Assembly (NCBI GenBank): GCA_018401295.1
Contig: JAGYLJ010000004.1
Span: 1 to 54,072 of the forward strand
Source of the DNA: a bacterium
Lineage (GTDB): Bacteria > Patescibacteriota > Minisyncoccia > Phycocordibacterales > UBA12079
DNA length: 54,072 bases
Reading direction: 5' to 3'
The notes beneath the pieces were generated by a model. That model ran no database searches. It was not told where the DNA came from and saw only the letters and a program-made list of their open reading frames with translations. Below, one piece after another: positions 51,926-54,072 of this stretch (positions within the stretch are counted from its first letter, which is position 1; each line of letters starts with the position of its first letter). A program made the position numbers and the translations under genes.

Positions 51926-52339
51926 ATGGATAAATATACATATGTTGGCGTTTACGCCTTGATTAAAAAAGACGATAAAATACTTTTGATTAAAAAATCG
52001 AGAGGTCCGTATCTTGGTAAATTGGATTTGCCTGGGGGTGGTTTTGAATTTGGTGAGACTCCTTTGGAAACTTTACATAGAGAAGTGAAAGAAGAGACAG
52101 GTTTGGTTGTTTTGGAGGAGAAACTATTAGATGTCGCATCTCAAAATACTACTTATATCAATACAAAAGGGGAAGAAAGAACCATTCATCATATTGGGAT
52201 AATTTATGATGTTGAAGTAGAAGCTGGTGTGGAATTAAAAGGTAATAGTGATGGAGAAGACTCTTTAGGTGCTAAGTGGGTAGAGATTTCTTCTTTGAAG
52301 AAAGAAGAGTTGTCGCCTTTTGCTGGGAAATTTTTGTAA
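51926..52339 (+). CDS. NUDIX hydrolase
   Basis: Nudix box GGGFEFGETPLETLHREVKEETGL. Confidence 0.9.
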   Translation: MDKYTYVGVYALIKKDDKILLIKKSRGPYLGKLDLPGGGFEFGETPLETLHREVKEETGLVVLEEKLLDVASQNTTYINTKGEERTIHHIGIIYDVEVEAGVELKGNSDGEDSLGAKWVEISSLKKEELSPFAGKFL

Positions 52340-52460
52340 AATCAAAAACAGGTAGGCGTAAACCCTTGACGATAGCATACATATCCTTACTTAACTGATA
52401 CCACTCGCTTAATTCCTGTATGATTCGGTTCCAGTCAAAACCAATGAGGTCCACCATAAT

Positions 52461-52496
52461 AAAAAATACCCAATTTTCAAATTGGGTATTTTTTAT
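52461..52496. terminator. bidirectional Rho-independent terminator
   Basis: AAAAAATACCCAATTT-TC-AAATTGGGTATTTTTT. Confidence 0.75.
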
Positions 52497-52504
52497 TATT
52501 TATG

Positions 52505-52665
52505 CATCTGTCAGGACTCGAACGGTGATAGTAAACAGTCCTGTGGACTGTTTACGAGCCGCGACCAGCAGTACTTAGTAGATTTTGAGCGAAGCGAAAA
52601 AATATACTTAGTAACTGCGGGTCGAGTCCTGTGATTTTGTAGGACCAGACAGGAATCGAATATCC
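52505..52665. repeat. cluster of tRNA-Ala T-arm/3'-end-derived fragments in both orientations plus a GAGCGAAGCGAA hairpin
   Basis: CAGGACTCGAAC (52512-23, minus sense). GCGGGTCGAGTCCTGT (52617-32, plus sense, 16 of 17 versus tRNA 50747-63). AGGACCAGACAGGAATCGAA (52641-60, minus sense). Confidence 0.75.
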
Positions 52666-52832
52666 GTGATTATTTTTAAGAGGGTATCTTAGGAAAATGG
52701 TTTTAACATTTTTAATATTGTAATGATATCTATTTTGTAACGGCATAGGATATATCGTTTAAAACATAGATAAAAAGTCGATTATGTACAATTTATTAAT
52801 AAACCGTAAAAATTAATCTCTAAATAAAAAAT

Positions 52833-54072
52833 ATGAGGAAATTTAATAGAAGTTCAATAGTAGTCGTGTCAGCTGTTTTCTTGATGTTTTCTGTTTTTTC
52901 AATCACTACGTTTGCGGCTGGTCCAGCAACGGTCAATCTTGGTTCAGCGGGTGATTTTGTTGTTTTGGCAAAGTCTGGAATTTCAACAACTGGAACAACC
53001 CTAATTACTGGAGATATTGGAGTAAGCCCAATTAACGCGGTTGCTATAACTGGTTTTGGGTTAACGATGGATACCTCAAGTACATTTTCAACGTCAGCCT
53101 TGGTAAATGGAAAAGTATACGCAGCTGATTACACAGCTCCTACTCCAACTAAAATGACCACAGCTATAAGCGATATGGAAACTGCTTATACAGATGCTGC
53201 TGGAAGAACAAGTCCTATTGAGACTGGATTAGGTGCCGGAGACATTGGTGGAATGACACTCGCTCCAGGGCTTTATAAATGGGGTACTAACGTGATAATT
53301 CCAACGGATGTTACTCTCTCTGGTGGTGCGAATGATGTTTGGATCTTTCAGATAGCACAAAATCTTACCATAAGTTCAGATATAGAAGTTGTCTTGAGTG
53401 GTGGTGCACAGGCTTCTAATATTTTCTGGCAGGTTGCTGGTCAAACAACGCTTGGGACAAACTCTGTCTTTAATGGAAATATATTGGATCAAACAGCAAT
53501 TGTGTTGAACACGGGGGCAACACTAAATGGTAGGGCCTTGGCGCAGACTGCAGTTACGCTTGACGCTGATATTGTCTCCCTTCCTGTTGTTTCCGTAACA
53601 ACTCCAGTTAACGGTTCTTGTTCTACTACTCACTACAGTTGTAACACCGGCACCAGTGTGAGTAACGTTGATGGTTCTACTACTTGGACTTGGTCTTGTA
53701 CAGGTTTAAATAGTGGTACCACCGCTTCATGTTCAGAAACAAAACCAGTGACAACTACTCCAGTTAATGGTTCTTGTTCTACTACCCACTACAGTTGTAA
53801 TACTGGCACCAGTGCGAGCAACGTTGATGGTTCTACTACTTGGACGTGGTCTTGTACAGGTTTAGATGGTGGTACCACTGCTTCATGTTCAGAAACAAAA
53901 CCAGTGACAACTACTCCAGTTAACGGTTCTTGTTCTACTACTCACTACAGTTGTAACACCGGCACCAGTGTGAGCAACGTTGATGGTTCTATTACTTGGA
54001 CTTGGTCTTGTACAGGTTTAAATAGTGGTACCACTGCTTCATGTTCAGAAACAAAACCAGTGACAACTACCC
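52833..54072 (+). CDS. secreted DUF3494/ice-binding-like beta-solenoid protein with C-terminal Cys-containing tandem repeats (3' partial)
   Basis: signal peptide MRKFNRSSIVVVSAVFLMFSVFSITTFA. LGSAGDFVVLAKSGISTTGTTLITGDIGVSP typical of DUF3494. The ORF runs off the window end. Confidence 0.75.
   Translation, partial: MRKFNRSSIVVVSAVFLMFSVFSITTFAAGPATVNLGSAGDFVVLAKSGISTTGTTLITGDIGVSPINAVAITGFGLTMDTSSTFSTSALVNGKVYAADYTAPTPTKMTTAISDMETAYTDAAGRTSPIETGLGAGDIGGMTLAPGLYKWGTNVIIPTDVTLSGGANDVWIFQIAQNLTISSDIEVVLSGGAQASNIFWQVAGQTTLGTNSVFNGNILDQTAIVLNTGATLNGRALAQTAVTLDADIVSLPVVSVTTPVNGSCSTTHYSCNTGTSVSNVDGSTTWTWSCTGLNSGTTASCSETKPVTTTPVNGSCSTTHYSCNTGTSASNVDGSTTWTWSCTGLDGGTTASCSETKPVTTTPVNGSCSTTHYSCNTGTSVSNVDGSITWTWSCTGLNSGTTASCSETKPVTTT
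53598..54072 (+). repeat. at least 3 near-identical tandem repeats of 156 bp (52 aa, 4 Cys each)
   Basis: units start at 53598 (153 bp), 53751, 53907 and 54063. Each encodes TTPVNGSCSTTHYSCNTGTS.SNVDGS.TWTWSCTGL.(S/G)GTTASCSETKPV. Confidence 0.9.

Noticed and set aside
52272-52457. 61-aa minus-strand ORF overlapping the NUDIX 3' end
   Set aside because: It lies downstream of a bidirectional terminator relative to its own direction and overlaps a well-supported gene, so it is likely spurious

Overview
AT-rich bacterial chromosome segment read with the standard genetic code. The gene style (many tiny hypothetical ORFs, GIY-YIG cassettes, a sigma70-r4/HARE-HTH protein, a DUF3494-like protein with Cys repeats) is reminiscent of a CPR/Patescibacteria-like genome, but that is inference only. 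Housekeeping backbone: HlyD-like adaptor plus RND pump, ABC-2 permease, Rel/SpoT, PAP2 phosphatase, polyprenyl sugar transferase, KH protein, ychF, leuS, ddl, tRNA-Ala(UGC), NUDIX hydrolase. (1) About 25.3 kb (approx 13712-39064) looks like an element integrated into the 5' end of ychF by a large serine recombinase. An orphaned ychF start (promoter plus MLSIG...) remains at 13695. (2) Its cargo includes a self-contained radical SAM/SPASM gene followed by a 44-aa double-glycine, Cys/Asp/Glu-rich precursor ORF (14763-14897, minus strand) that is too short for the ORF track. It also carries a cluster of PD-(D/E)xK-fold genes, and an HSDR_N-fused N6-adenine methyltransferase with its HsdS gene, the two separated by a coiled-coil 2TM protein and a small RNxxxH HEPN protein. 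Further cargo: four small membrane/zinc-ribbon genes, a SymE-like toxin, an S49 peptidase, a decayed prim-pol gene and a 12-bp-periodic TACTAGTA box array. (3) A visibly G+C-richer islet (46.1-48.3 kb) has tandem promoters, a ~360-nt ORF-free structured leader, and three strong-SD small ORFs, one with a sigma-54 C-terminal DNA-binding-domain-like tail. It also contains a complete type III hammerhead ribozyme (47619-47682). (4) Several repeat families are present: 50-bp structured tandem repeats in the efflux leader; a hairpin with an invariant GAGCGAAGCGAA loop at five loci, three of them abutting start codons; GIY-YIG genes bracketed by inverted repeats; and tRNA-Ala 3'-end copies in both orientations. 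All functional calls rest on motif recognition by eye. No searches were run.
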